A stretch of DNA of 62,678 nucleotides, filler included, from Globobulimina sp. (GCA_003354225.1; 39 parts of 39 records of this genome joined end to end with filler, not necessarily neighbours in it), one strand, 5' to 3'. Numbered from the whole stretch's first letter, positions 22,751 through 35,591 are shown. Numbers and translations are program-made. Notes: generated from the letters alone by a model not told the origin.

Positions 22751-24057
22751 CTACTTACAATGATTACACATAAACCTCCATTTCGGGAATGGAGGCAAAA
22801 TACAATTCCGTTTTATATAAATAATCATATCACAACATCCATCATCTTGATTCACCACAATTTTATTTGTAAATAATTGTGGCACAATATTTTCAAATTG
22901 TTTTTTAATTTTTTCATCAAATATTTTATTTGGATCCGGAGCATAAGATTTCATCATCTTATTATTTATGACCAACATACAATTTACACAATGTTTATAT
23001 AACGCCTCTAATAACTCTTTTAATTCATTGATAACATAATAAAAATACGTTGATCCCGTATCAAATTTTAATTGTAACGATTCAATTTGTTTACTGCCAC
23101 AATTTTTTAATCCATTAATAATGAATTCATCCATAAACTCTTTAATGGCCAAAGAATTCGTTGTATCAAATATATGAACATTTAAATATTGCAAACAATG
23201 CCAATTATTTGTAAATATTAATGATAATTTCGCTAAATAATCCAAATATGGTTTAGTGGTTTCATGCTTTTCTCGCGCAAACCTCACTAAATTTATATGC
23301 AATCTTTTTAATGTTTTTATTTTTTTAGTCACTTCAATATGAATATTTTGACACATTTTCTGTGATTCAGTATCAATGCATAATTCCTCCAAATTTTTGA
23401 GTAATATCTCTTTATATTTTATAGAGTGAATCATTGGAAATGACCTTAAATGCAATGACCGTAATTGTGGCGAGCAAATATTTAATATACAAACTATAAA
23501 TCCATCCAATAAAGAAACAGTTATTCGGGCGGTGTCATCCACACATAAACCGACTAAATCTTTTAATGAAACAATAATATTTGGTCCGTCTGCAAATATT
23601 CGCTCTAACATAGCATCATAAAAATCGTTATTCGTTCTAAATTGACTGTTTTCAATCGTTAAATATTTATAACCTTTTCGCAATGTCACATTCTCATTTT
23701 TGGATTTAAGAGCATAGTAATTTGGCAATATTAAATCTACAAAACTCTCAACATACACTGCGATATTTTTAGCTTCTTCATCTTGAATACTTTCATAAAT
23801 ATCATACACGTTGAAATTATTCCAATTTCTTCCAATTCTCATTCTCAAATTACACAATTGAATGCAATCAATATTTGGGAAATTCATATCATGCACAAAT
23901 TTTAATACACTGCGGATGGAGCAATTACTCATTTTTAACACCTCTAAATTCTCAAATATTTCTCCAACGTCGTTATCATTCTCCTCCTCTACTTCTTCAT
24001 TGTCTGTTTTTTCATTTTCATTTTCTTGTTGATTCTCAAGCTCTTGATTACGTCTAA
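22751..24057 (-). CDS. Leucine-rich-repeat-like hypothetical protein (5' partial)
   Basis: Frame open from the contig edge. LRR-like LRSLHL, LKNLEELCI, LKRLHI and LQYLNV. Confidence 0.7.
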
Positions 24058-24361
24058 NNNNNNNNNNNNNNNNNNNNNNNNNNNNNNNNNNNNNNNNNNN
24101 NTTAATTAATTAANNNNNNNNNNNNNNNNNNNNNNNNNNNNNNNNNNNNNNNNNNNNCATCCAAATTCAAAAGAGCATCCTCAACATCTAAACAAAATCC
24201 ATGGGATAATATTTGAAAACCAAATACCTGCTCAAATGATTAATATTGTACTGGTCATTGGAATCAAAAACATATGACTCAACTGTTTTGATTGCAACAA
24301 ACATAATAAGAATCCAAAACATGTTTTGTGGTGACATGATTACAAATTAAAACTTTGATTT

Positions 24362-25667
24362 ATGTCGGACAAAAAGAATACACACAATGTGGTGATCAAA
24401 AATGTTCCGTGTATTTGTGGAGCCATATTAAGCAGAGTCGCAGAAAAAGATGCATACACAAATTCAGAAAATATCGGATGTGATGGATGCGGCGAATATA
24501 TTGAAGGTAAAACAATAATATATCATTGCAACAATGAATCTAATAACTGGCATCTTAATGGATATGATTTATGTGTCAAATGTGCTGAGTTTGAAAAAGC
24601 ATTGAATAAAATGTTTCCAAACCAAATGATTCATGCAAATAATATGGGGCTCAATATGCCTGGCGGAGTACCTCTGGAATATACTGGATTTGGTATAGCA
24701 CCAAACCCGAATATGATTGGAATGAACGTATTTCAGCAACCAACTATGCAGGGAATCAATATGAATTATATGGTGCCTACGAATATGATAAATAGTCCGC
24801 CAATGAATAACACAGAAGAAGTGATGCTTGATTTTGATAAATCCGACACTCAAAATTTGAAACAATTGACTGAAATATTACAATCTGATCAAAGTTATTT
24901 CAATTTATCTCTGTACGTTTTTAGCACTGAATATGTTTTTTTTTATGTTTAGAAAATAAACCAAACAACATTGAGTCTGATGATTTATTTGATTGCAGCA
25001 CCATAAATGCAATAATTCCAAATCCATGCAAATTAGCAGAATGCCAGAGCTTACAAAGAATAATTATTGTATTAAAGAAATATCATTCATACACTCACGA
25101 AATTCGACTACAAAATGCAAGCGACGATGATGAGAAACACATAGCAATATATCAACAACAAATATATGGAAATTCTCAATTACTGATGAGGCAAACAAAG
25201 AAATCGAACGACAATAATATTTTTGATAATATTTACAAAGATAATTATAATAATACACGTTTATTGAATGATTTTAATCATTTATTATCATATCATTCCG
25301 CCACATTTGAAGATGTTTATAATATTTTGATCAAATCAAGCAATGAGAATAGAATCTGTCCAATATCGAAATGTATGATGATTAGAAGAAATCGCAGGGA
25401 CCGATCCATAGAGAATAAAGCTTTGTATTTACACCAAAATGAGCAACATATCAATAAACAGCAATTATTGGATAGAATACATTCACACTTCTTCCATTCC
25501 TTTGATATTGGATTCAAATTAACATCGCAAGAGCGAGAAAATATAATTAACAGAGAGATCAAAATCGATATAGATGACGACAAAGATCCAAATGAATTAT
25601 TGGACACTGACATGAATGTCACATTAATTAACGATTTGCTTTCAAGAAAAAGAAGATCATATTCAAA
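24362..25667 (+). CDS. ZZ-type zinc finger plus unnamed Cys/His domain protein (3' partial)
   Basis: CDGC...YHC...GYDLCVKC (ZZ-like), M/N/P-rich linker, intron ~24915..24951, then CKLAECQSLQRI...LLNDFNHLLSYH...CPISKC...LLDRIHSHFFH. Confidence 0.8.
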
Positions 25668-25823
25668 NNNNNNNNNNNNNNNNNNNNNNNNNNNNNNNNN
25701 NNNNNNNNNNNTTAATTAATTAANNNNNNNNNNNNNNNNNNNNNNNNNNNNNNNNNNNNNNNNNNNNAATACAATAATAATAATAATATTGATTAAATAA
25801 AAAGCAGTTTACATCAAAACTTT

Positions 25824-26850
25824 CTACGATAAACTATGTTTATTCAATTTGAGAATGTTGAAAAGAACTAAACAGCAAATGACATTTGAAGAAAAATCTA
25901 AAAATGTTTTTTTAGATTTGCCTGGCCATTTACTTAATTGACTGAATTTATTATGAAAAAATTCAGCAAATGATCTTTCTACATCTGATCTTGCTACATT
26001 AAAATTATACCAGTATTTTTTTGAATAATTAGATCTTTCATCCATATTTTGTTTTAAAACAGCAGCAATACAATTGGTTTCTTTATGTACACCAATATAT
26101 CCTTTATCAGCTAATATCATCCATCCATTCATGATTTCGTCAATATTATTGTAGAACCATGATTCTCTTAATATCATGTTTACTTGCCGCTTGGTCAATA
26201 TTAAATGCACAAACAGTTCCAAGTGCCCTTTCTATAATAAACATAACATTAAAGCATGGCAGCCACTTATATTTATGACTTCTTCTTTCACTGTAATTCC
26301 GACCGGTGCATCTGGTATGTGAGCCATCTACTGAAAAAATAGCATCAGGCATAGGAGCGTTTTTCTTTTTCAATAGTTTGACAATGAGCTCTCTTTCTGC
26401 AATATTGGGAAATGTAACGATATTTTTGTTTTTATATGTGTCTAAAATTGCCTTCAGCACATCTTTGATATGTGAGTCTGCTGTTTTGAAACCAATTTTA
26501 TATTTTTGCTTCATCTGTTGGAAAGATAAACAATTATGTAATTTATCTAACCATAATAACAGTTTGTTTCTGGCATGACACTCAGTTTCTTTTGGCCTGA
26601 TCAATTTATGTTTAATACTTTCAAAAAACCAATTAATTTCTGTCGATGAATATATAAACGTTGCTTTGAAGCTTTTGTGATTTAAATCCCTTGAATATTT
26701 GTTTAATAGATCCTGTTCAAAGAAATAATTTTTTTTCCACTTAGCTCTTTCTCCATTTTTGGAATGGCCTTGTCCTACACCAGTTGCTTTGTAGTTTTCA
26801 AATACGAACTGATCTTCAAGAATTAATTCCAATACTGACATCCCAAACAT
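25824..26850 (-). mobile_element. PIF/Harbinger-type (DDE_Tnp_4, HARBI1-like) transposase with a frameshift at ~26172
   Basis: Catalytic motifs AIFSVDGSH, SKHD, ILADKGY and ARSDVERSF are split over ORFs 26146..26925 and 25824..26222. HTH-like SFQQMKQKYKIGFKTA. Confidence 0.85.
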
Positions 26851-27377
26851 AATCTGCAAAAAAAACAAAATATATATGCTAAAAGTACTGGAAAAATAAT
26901 AAAATATAAAATATAATGTTTTCATGCAATTGAGTATAAAGTCTGCTGAAAATATCAGATCCTATATTTTTGTGTATGGAATCTGCTTATTTTTTAGTGT
27001 ATTCTTCAAAATAGCAGAGTAAAACAGTCATAAATTGTTATCAATTTGATTCTAAAGAGAACACACAGTAACACAAGTTATTCTTCATCCTTTTTAATAT
27101 TCAGGACCTAGTTTATATACTAATATCAAAAAGTATAAGTTAAAAAGTACAATTAAAGAGTAAAAAATACAGTGAACCAAAAAATCCTCCTTGTAAACCC
27201 TAAACCGTTTACCCACCGTAATCCTAAAACTATATTTATATTTTCTGTAAACTGAGTCGCCGCCATGGGTTTAATACNNNNNNNNNNNNNNNNNNNNNNN
27301 NNNNNNNNNNNNNNNNNNNNNTTAATTAATTAANNNNNNNNNNNNNNNNNNNNNNNNNNNNNNNNNNNNNNNNNNNN

Positions 27378-27774
27378 GTCCAGCTGGAATATGACACGGA
27401 ATATGGAGTTGCAAGACAAATATCCCAATGTTCCAATGAATATAATATTATATGCTACGACTGCGGTGTCATTATGTTTCATTCCTTTGGCTGGCATGTT
27501 TCCCGTTGGTTTTACTATTTATCTCGCAAGCAATCTCTTGTCATATATGATACAAATTCAATTGTTGGAAAATCGCAAGTTTCGAGGCTTTGTTGGACTG
27601 AAACCAAAGTCATATGTTCAAAATATAGATAAGCAAATTGCTAAAACGAACAGGGACATGAAACATATTATAAATTCTGGCTCCACCAAAGAAGTTGACA
27701 CAGAGATTAAAGGGAAACGTGGCGCGACGGGGAAAGCTGGAAGGAAGGGCAGATTAAAGACAGTGAGGACATGA
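27378..27774 (+). CDS. Oxa1/YidC/Cox18 membrane insertase C-terminus
   Basis: FPVGFTIYLASNLLSYMIQ...FRGFVGL followed by a basic tail, as in mitochondrial Oxa1. Confidence 0.65.
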
Positions 27775-28110
27775 ATGTTTTTGCTTGACACTCGACACTA
27801 GCTTTACATTTGTAATTAACTGCATCATTAATTCAAAAATAATTTTCGATGCAAACTCTATAATCAAAACAAAGTGAACCATACAATACAAGCAACACAA
27901 AAATCAACGAAAAAAATACATTGACACTAAAGATTTGAAATATATGATTTGCAAAACAACAACGATGCAATTATTGAATAAAAAGAAACGATTATTTAAA
28001 CACAACATTATGAATCACAAAAAAAAAATCACTAATATTAATTAAGATACATGTCAAATACACAAAATCAAGGTCAAAGTCAAAAAATATTAATTATTAT
28101 ACATTGAATG

Positions 28111-28887
28111 TTTAAATGTCATCGATTGTTGTCGCTGAAATTGCTGAAGATGGCGTAGTTCCACTATTGATATCATGATCATCTTCATATTGTATTCCAT
28201 GATTATTATTATTAATGTATTTAAAATGTTCCATTGATTTTTGCTTATCTAAAACATTTATTATGTTATTAATTATATATATTTATCCTATAATACACAG
28301 TCAACCACAACCACATAACACACATTATATACAAATACAAATATACATACATACCGTAATAAGGCCGCTGCGAAGATTTGCGGCTGGAATGCGAGTTTGA
28401 GTTTAAATGTTTGGGCGAATGAAGTGGTGCTAACGCAGGGATGTTATGATGATCCTCATTGATTTTGTGTGATCTGTACGATGGATATAAAGGATTATTA
28501 TTATTGCTATTACTATTATTACTATTTTTTGCTGTTTTGTTACTTCTTCGGTTCCTACTCCGCGACGAATATTTATTATCTCGTCTGACATGATGCCGTC
28601 TATCATAATGTCTATACTTTGATGACTTGCCATTGTTACTCGGATTAGCTGTATATGACTTTGGTTGCGGTAAGCTATCATCGGGCGAAAATTCACGCGT
28701 CCGCTTGGTGCTCGATGTGCTTTTCGACGTCGATGTGCATGATGCTTGCAAGTGTTGTAACAATTTTTGTTGCTTTTGCTGTTTGGGGGTTTTCTTTGGT
28801 ATACGACCAATATATTTGGTATCTTTCTTATTTGAGACTGCTTTTGCTTTGGCTTTGGGTTTATTCTTTAGCTCCTTTTGTTTTTGT
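28111..28887 (-). CDS. 3' end of a low-complexity basic hypothetical protein
   Basis: K/R/S/N-rich frame, GTATGT intron ~28353..28289, last exon ending SATTIDDI*. Confidence 0.5.
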
Positions 28888-29077
28888 NNNNNNNNNNNNN
28901 NNNNNNNNNNNNNNNNNNNNNNNNNNNNNNNTTAATTAATTAANNNNNNNNNNNNNNNNNNNNNNNNNNNNNNNNNNNNNNNNNNNNATAGCGAAAAAAA
29001 AAAGATAAAAAAAAAAGAAAAGAAAGGATATATAAAAACAGTGTGGTTATAACTTATATAAAAATTAAAAACTACAG

Positions 29078-30497
29078 TTATACCTTTGAATAATCGATAG
29101 CCGGCGTCGAATCAGGATCAATTATGGTATAACCCATATACTCATCGTCATCATCATCGAGATCATTGTTATTTAATTTCCTAGATTTTAATTCCTGTTG
29201 TTTTTCATAGATTTTTCTTTGCTGCTCTTTTAATTGTTTTTTATATTTTTTTAATCGAACTCTAAACTGATTTCTTTGTTCTCTCGCAATAGTTTCCAAA
29301 CCCGCTCCTCGCACCATTCTGTTGAGCGTGATAATTAATCGGACGCCTCGCCGAAACCTCTTCTTATGCAAATAATTGGATAAATTGCTTTGAAAATGAT
29401 TATGTATATCTAAAAACGAGCCATCGTTCTCGTCCCTCCTCATTTCCGCCTGTTTTATCCAGGGATGGGCCAATAACTCATTCGCAGTCATCCTATCCTT
29501 GGGATTGACGCACAACAAAGAATCAATGCAATCCATGGCGCAGGCTGAGATTTTGCTCCATGCGGGCTTGGGATACGAATATTTGCCAGATTTTATTTTT
29601 CGAAACATAGATTGTTGCGGCTCAGAGCCAGCCCCTTGGAATGGCGGGAAACCACACAATAAAATATAAATAATCACACCGGCGGCCCATAAATCTACAC
29701 TTTCATCGTAGGTTTGTTGCCGAATTATTTCTGGTGCCACATATCCAGGCGTACCACATGAGGTTTTCAACGGTCGTTTATTATTCTTCCCATTATTATT
29801 ACCATTCACATTCTTATAGTCTGACATATCACGAGATAGCCCAAAATCTGATATTTTTATTTTCGCATCGTCGCCCATATGCTCATATAATATATTCTCT
29901 GGCTTTAAATCCCTGTTTAATTTGAATTTGGATTTGTATTAAATAGTAACTGCACTTCAAACATATACCTGTGTACCACGCCTTTACTATGCATATAAGC
30001 TAAGGCGTCGGCGAGCTGTTTAGTGATATTGGCGGCCATTTGTTCATTGAATTTTTTCTGTTTTTGTAAACGTTCAAATAATTCGCCACCGCTTAATAAC
30101 TCTAATACAATATATAAATGGCGAGGAGTAAATATATAATCTACTAATGTCACAATATTGGGATGATGCAACTATGTATTTATGGGTGCAAGGATAATAA
30201 ATATAAATATAAATAGAATAGAATATAGTTTTGAACTTTAGCCAATATGTCAACTTCGTCGTGCGTATCCTTGATTTCCTGCTGTGACATGGTTTTGGTT
30301 GATATTATTTTTGCAGCAAATTCGCGTTCATCTTCTTTTCTTATCACTCGCCGTACCACACTAAAATTACCACGCCCTAATTTCTCGCGAATGGTAAATT
30401 TCTCGGCTAACTTACCTTTATTTAATTTGGCATGATTTTGGTTTAAATCTGCGGCAGATTTGCGATGTGGATTAGGTGATTTACTTCGTCTTTTGCC
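29078..30497 (-). CDS. CaMK-group Ser/Thr protein kinase
   Basis: LGRGNFSVV, AAKII, HPNIV, GGELFE, HR|DLKPEN, DFG, CGTPGYVAPE and DLWAAGVI. Two introns (~30233..30174, ~29968..29914). Calmodulin-binding-like RFRRGVRLIITLNRM. Confidence 0.95.
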
Positions 30498-30597
30498 NNN
30501 NNNNNNNNNNNNNNNNNNNNNNNNNNNNNNNNNNNNNNNNNTTAATTAATTAANNNNNNNNNNNNNNNNNNNNNNNNNNNNNNNNNNNNNNNNNNNN

Positions 30598-31867
30598 GTT
30601 GTCGCATTGACTTTCATGCAAACTGGACAAGCTAACACCATCCAATAATAGGGTGTTATGTCGATTGTCACCACTATAACCGGTGACTGGCAAATGATTC
30701 TGGTGACATGCATTGACAGATTCACTGGAGCCGATTTTACATCCATTTGAGATGCTTCGAAGCTTCACCGCTCCATCTGTCATTTGATACTGATTTTCCA
30801 TATTCACAGACGAGCAAGAAATCACCCGGCGCCGGCTATTTGCTCTTTCTTCTTCTAACGAAAGTGTCTGAGAATTATCAGGTTGAGAATACTGACTGTC
30901 ACCCAACTGGTTAGCTTTTGACATACCATTTGAAGCCAAGCTAACAGACTTCGATCCAAAAGAGTATTGTCCACATTCACTTGCAGAATTGGACTGGACT
31001 GGATGCACGACTGTGGCATCAGCTTGATAGAAACCATTGACCTTGTGGCCACATAACATGACTTGACCACATTTGGACACAACACTGGCAGAAACACCAC
31101 AGAAATTGGCTTGAAAATCACCATTAGCTACCAAAGTACCGATAGAAATGACATGGCATGGTAACACAGGAACGTGTAGACAGTCTGACAGATATACATA
31201 GGAAGTAAGACCATTTTGTGTCACTTTGAGGGTCATAGTACCGGCACCAACAGCTGCAGACTGAGTACCGTTATAAAAGGACACCAAAACTGGTACACTA
31301 AACTTCTTATAGTCAGATAAACAGTTACCGTTAAATGTCATATGTCCATTCACTCCGGAATCCATAACAAGAGGTAGCAAATCACTTGAAATGTTTGAAG
31401 TATCAATGGGGGTACGGTAGCGGCGAACATTTTCGAAACGTTTGTGTCTTCGGGACGGAATACGACGGGGGGAAGTGCAATCATGACGAGTATGTCCTCT
31501 TCCACCACATCTCCAACACATTACATAAGATGGGGGAGCACTGTACCTTTTAGGAAACAAAAAATGACGATTTCCATACATTTTTGGCGATTTTCGATGA
31601 TTTTCGTCGAATTTCGGCTTTCTAACATAAAGTTCACGATTCACTTGCCGAACGGACGATGGAGGCGTAGGTACACTTGACTGGGGACACAATTGAGGCA
31701 CTATACTTGACACAAAGACCATGGTTTTCTGACGATTGTCCTTGAAAAACGGTTTTCTCACTCTTTTGGGGTCCATATTTCTCAGGTTTATCAGATGCAG
31801 ATTTTTCACATAAAATAAGAGTTACTTTTCAACTGGGAACTGGGAAGGTTGCCATAGGCCCATAACC
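30598..31867 (-). mobile_element. Ty1/copia retrotransposon gag-protease region, probably degenerate
   Basis: CCHC knuckle CWRCGGRGHTRHDC. Copia protease VMDSGVNGHM...GAGTM...DCLHVP...ISIGTL. GGTTATGGGCC PBS-like motif at 31867..31857. Confidence 0.85.
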
Positions 31868-32207
31868 AGACGGACGTCCAGGAATTCCAACTATATTAAC
31901 ATGGAATATCCAAGTCCAAAAAGAATCAGAGGCGATATCAAAGATCGAATAAATAACCAAATTGTTGTTAGTTTAGTTCCTCAGTAAAGTATATTGTTCT
32001 GCACTGTTCTTGTAGTCTTTTCAGTATTATTTTACTACAAATAAACAACAAGATAATTAAACAAATGAGGACATAAAACGAGTACGTCGCGTAACTCAGA
32101 AGTCTTCNNNNNNNNNNNNNNNNNNNNNNNNNNNNNNNNNNNNNNNNNNNNTTAATTAATTAANNNNNNNNNNNNNNNNNNNNNNNNNNNNNNNNNNNNN
32201 NNNNNNN

Positions 32208-32537
32208 TTCTGGAAAAGGAATTATTCTGAACAGATACATCGGAGAGGAGAATTGCATTTTGTTGCCAAAACGGGTCACAGGACGCACATGCAAATTTAT
32301 TCCCCTATGCTCAAATCCATGCAGTAAATCCACTGCGGCATCGACTAATTTTGAATCACGATATTCACAAAATCCGTAACCTTTTGGTTTGCCTGTTTCC
32401 CGATCATACACAATTCGAAATAAAATTACTTCGCCAACTTGAGAACATAATTGCTTCATTTCTTCTGCAGTTGCATCCTGTGGTAAATTTCCAACGTAGG
32501 CTAACCTATTCACCATTTCATTGTTTTTGGACGACAT
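32208..32537 (-). CDS. CSTF2: CstF-64/RNA15-like RRM protein (3' partial)
   Basis: YVGNLP and FRIVYDRETGKPKGYGFCEYRD, the characteristic CstF-64 RRM. Confidence 0.8.
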
Positions 32538-32906
32538 TGCGTTGAGTTGTAACACTTCTTCTTCTTCAAAACACTAAGAAATCAATTAAATCAAAATTAT
32601 AAACTCTAACAAGTAAACGATCCGCAATTACGTTTCTAGTGCAAGGATAATTTATTCCGTGAATATTTATGTGACAACGTATTAGTAATTATGATATAAA
32701 TGCAAATATGAACATACAATGATCTCTAACATCAAAATTCCATAAAATCAACACAAAAACAAAACAAAACCATATATCATAATTGCGAATTCCCAAAATA
32801 ACCCCAAATCAAACAAAACAATCAAAACAAAAAGAAAAAAAGAAAAAAAGAAAAAAACATTGTCATAATTGCGAATAACCGTATATACTTTTTTTATATA
32901 ACACAT

Positions 32907-33716
32907 TTACGACATATAAACAGCGATTGCTATGACCAAAACAATAACATTTGTAACAAAATAAGCATTCACCCCCGCCACCGGAGTAGTTTCTACCACA
33001 GCTTCCGTAGGACTCGGTGTAGCCACAGTGGGACTCTTTGTTGGTGAAAGGGTTGGATCTGTGCTAACGTACGGACAATAATCATCCAACACCGCGATAT
33101 TCTCTCCGGCCTCATAACACTTTCCCATTTTCCTATACACATCGTATATAACCGCATTCATATAAAACGCACATTCATCAATATCTGATGCAGTACTCGC
33201 TTCCACATAGCTCGCCTCTGCACATCCAGCTGCATCATAAACGCCTGTCGATGCGGTCACATTATCGCAAGAAATCATTGAATATAAGCTACCATCTCCT
33301 AAATTATAACAGACATTGGTGGCTTGGGCTTGTGGAATGCACAAAGCATCTTCACTGGAACAACACGCGGCTTCTCCATCATCGCCAACTTCCGGCGTTT
33401 GTGTCTGGGCACCCACGGTGCACGAATCGCCTACCACATAATTATCGTCTCCGTCACATTCAAATGAATATAGTTCATAGTCTGGGTGGGAAGGGGTATA
33501 ATCTACAATTGTGCCGGTTTGAGTCTGACAAGTATAATCCTCTCCATATGGAGTAAATGTCACAGTGTCGCCTGCTCCGTTACAGGTGAACGTACCCCAC
33601 AAAGTTTCGGTAAATGTTACTTCGTAATTGACACAGATGCCAATTGGGTACGGGAATATCATGTCCCCGAGTGGGTTCCCGTACACTGAGATGAAGAAAT
33701 TCGACACCGACGACGC
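32907..33716 (-). CDS. Cys-rich surface protein with PT stalk and probable GPI-anchor signal (5' partial)
   Basis: Two Cys-patterned repeats, a DPTLSPTKSPT stalk and a hydrophobic C-terminus. Confidence 0.75.
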   Translation of the reverse strand, partial: ASSVSNFFISVYGNPLGDMIFPYPIGICVNYEVTFTETLWGTFTCNGAGDTVTFTPYGEDYTCQTQTGTIVDYTPSHPDYELYSFECDGDDNYVVGDSCTVGAQTQTPEVGDDGEAACCSSEDALCIPQAQATNVCYNLGDGSLYSMISCDNVTASTGVYDAAGCAEASYVEASTASDIDECAFYMNAVIYDVYRKMGKCYEAGENIAVLDDYCPYVSTDPTLSPTKSPTVATPSPTEAVVETTPVAGVNAYFVTNVIVLVIAIAVYMS

Positions 33717-33951
33717 NNNNNNNNNNNNNNNNNNNNNNNNNNNNNNNNNNNNNNNNNNNNTTAATTAATTAANNNNNNNNNNNNNNNNNNNNNNNNNNNN
33801 NNNNNNNNNNNNNNNNAAGGTCGCCACTGTAGTGGGTGTTCCTGGTTTGTTGAAGCAAAGAAGATGGTACTGACATTTTATGATAATACATAACAATAAT
33901 ATTATATTTCATAGGATACAATAGTATATAACATAGGGACAAAAAACCTGG

Positions 33952-35325
33952 CTATTCTAAGTTTAAGTGCATGTCAGGAAATTTGTGAGAAAGTTCTACA
34001 ATGTGCTCCCAAACTAAGTCGAAATCGAGCTCCGTGCACGCATAAGGATAGATGTCGTCCAATATTTCGGTTTCATCTTTGAGTTCCCTAGGAAAAGGAC
34101 AGATATGGCAAGAATGATAGCCGACCTTGGGCGCGAATCGACGCAATCCAACTTTCGACATACAATAGGTTCTCAGACTTTTGTCTCCGTCATTGCGGAT
34201 TCCTCTGATGGTCGCTCTTTTCCTTTCGCCAACGTCGAATAGGGTAGCAACATAGTTTTGGAGGTCGGTCACTTGCATATTCTCTTTGGTGGCGGATATC
34301 CCCTTGCTGGCCTGTTTATGAAACGGATCGTCTCCTACCATCAAATAGGTTTTAGAAGCCAGTCCCACAAAAATCTTGGCTTCCTTTTCCACTTTGAGCA
34401 ACAGGGGAACATGAGAGTCTTCCGGTTTCGTTACAAAGATCTTGTCGTATTTGGCGTCCAGTTCTCCCAACAGTTCCGGTTTGGCGATGTCTCTCATATC
34501 GGTTCCGGGAGTAGACACACTGAGTATGACAGAATCAGTATCGGATCCGTTGATTTCCCAACATTCGGGTTTCAGGTACTTGTCCAGTACATTGTAAACG
34601 AAGTCCAATAGGGCCAGTTTCGACACTTGCAAAATCCACATGCCGATCTGTTTGCTCGACGTTTGTTGGACATTCAATTTGACCATTTCGACTTCGTACA
34701 TGCTCGAAGGATCGTTGGGTGGTCCGGCTTGGTACATGCCATCGAAAGCGGGTCGAGAAAAGTATCTTCTGTATTGGTTTGTCAGTATAAACTTCACCAA
34801 TCGACGTCTTTCTACTTTGAGTATGCTGGTACCGAAAAATGTGTTGAGGGTCAATTTGGCCGTCTGTCCTTCGATCGGTTGATTGTGTGTTCTGGCAAAT
34901 TCTCTGCGTTCGATATTTTTGTCGAGCCATTTTAACAAGGGTTTTCCGGCACCTCGAAATTGGATAAAGACGGAAATGTCCGTGCACATAAGACCGAGAT
35001 CTTCCACATAGAATTTCAATAAATCGGTTGTGATGACACCGTCTTTTACTTTCATTTCGTTGCATAGGGTCTTTTTGCTTGGAATTTTGAGCAAATCATA
35101 TTTTTCGGCGTATTCCTTCTCCGACGGGCACAGATCATCTCGACAGAGGTCCTTGTGCAACCAAAATGGGGGATAGATGGAAAATCGGTCGTATTGGTCT
35201 CTCGGTACTTCGAGGCTGCACTTGACGACACCGTGCACTTTTTCTTGGCAAATCAGCTCCAACAGTTCTCGCCAGGTCATTTCTTCCTTGACAGGGTCCG
35301 GTCTGAACGTCAATTGGTTTTCTTT
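33952..35325 (-). mobile_element. Family B DNA polymerase, protein-primed Polinton/Maverick or adintovirus type (5' partial)
   Basis: Motif B AKLTLNTFFG, QIGMWILQVSKL, motif C SDTDS, FVGLASKTY and KGIS. Intronless and more GC-rich than the protist contigs. Confidence 0.85.
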
Positions 35326-35425
35326 NNNNNNNNNNNNNNNNNNNNNNNNNNNNNNNNNNNNNNNNNNNNTTAATTAATTAANNNNNNNNNNNNNNNNNNN
35401 NNNNNNNNNNNNNNNNNNNNNNNNN

Positions 35426-35591
35426 GTGTTTTGGTGTAATTTTGTCCATCCTCTGCATCAGCATACTGTGGATCCGCAATTAATCCAATACTAAACAAAG
35501 GGACTTGTTCCTCTTTCTCCTTTTTATCCGTTTCAACTGTATTTTCAAGCATATCCACTTCGCACTTTAGAGTGTTTCTACGTTTTTTCAT
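35426..35591 (-). CDS. ADPRM: Mn-dependent ADP-ribose/CDP-alcohol diphosphatase, N-terminus
   Basis: PLFSIGLIADPQYADAEDGQNY matches the ADPRM metallophosphoesterase motif I. Confidence 0.8.

Noticed and set aside
27195-27230. CCCTAAA telomere-like motif
   Set aside because: One perfect unit only, with no tandem array.
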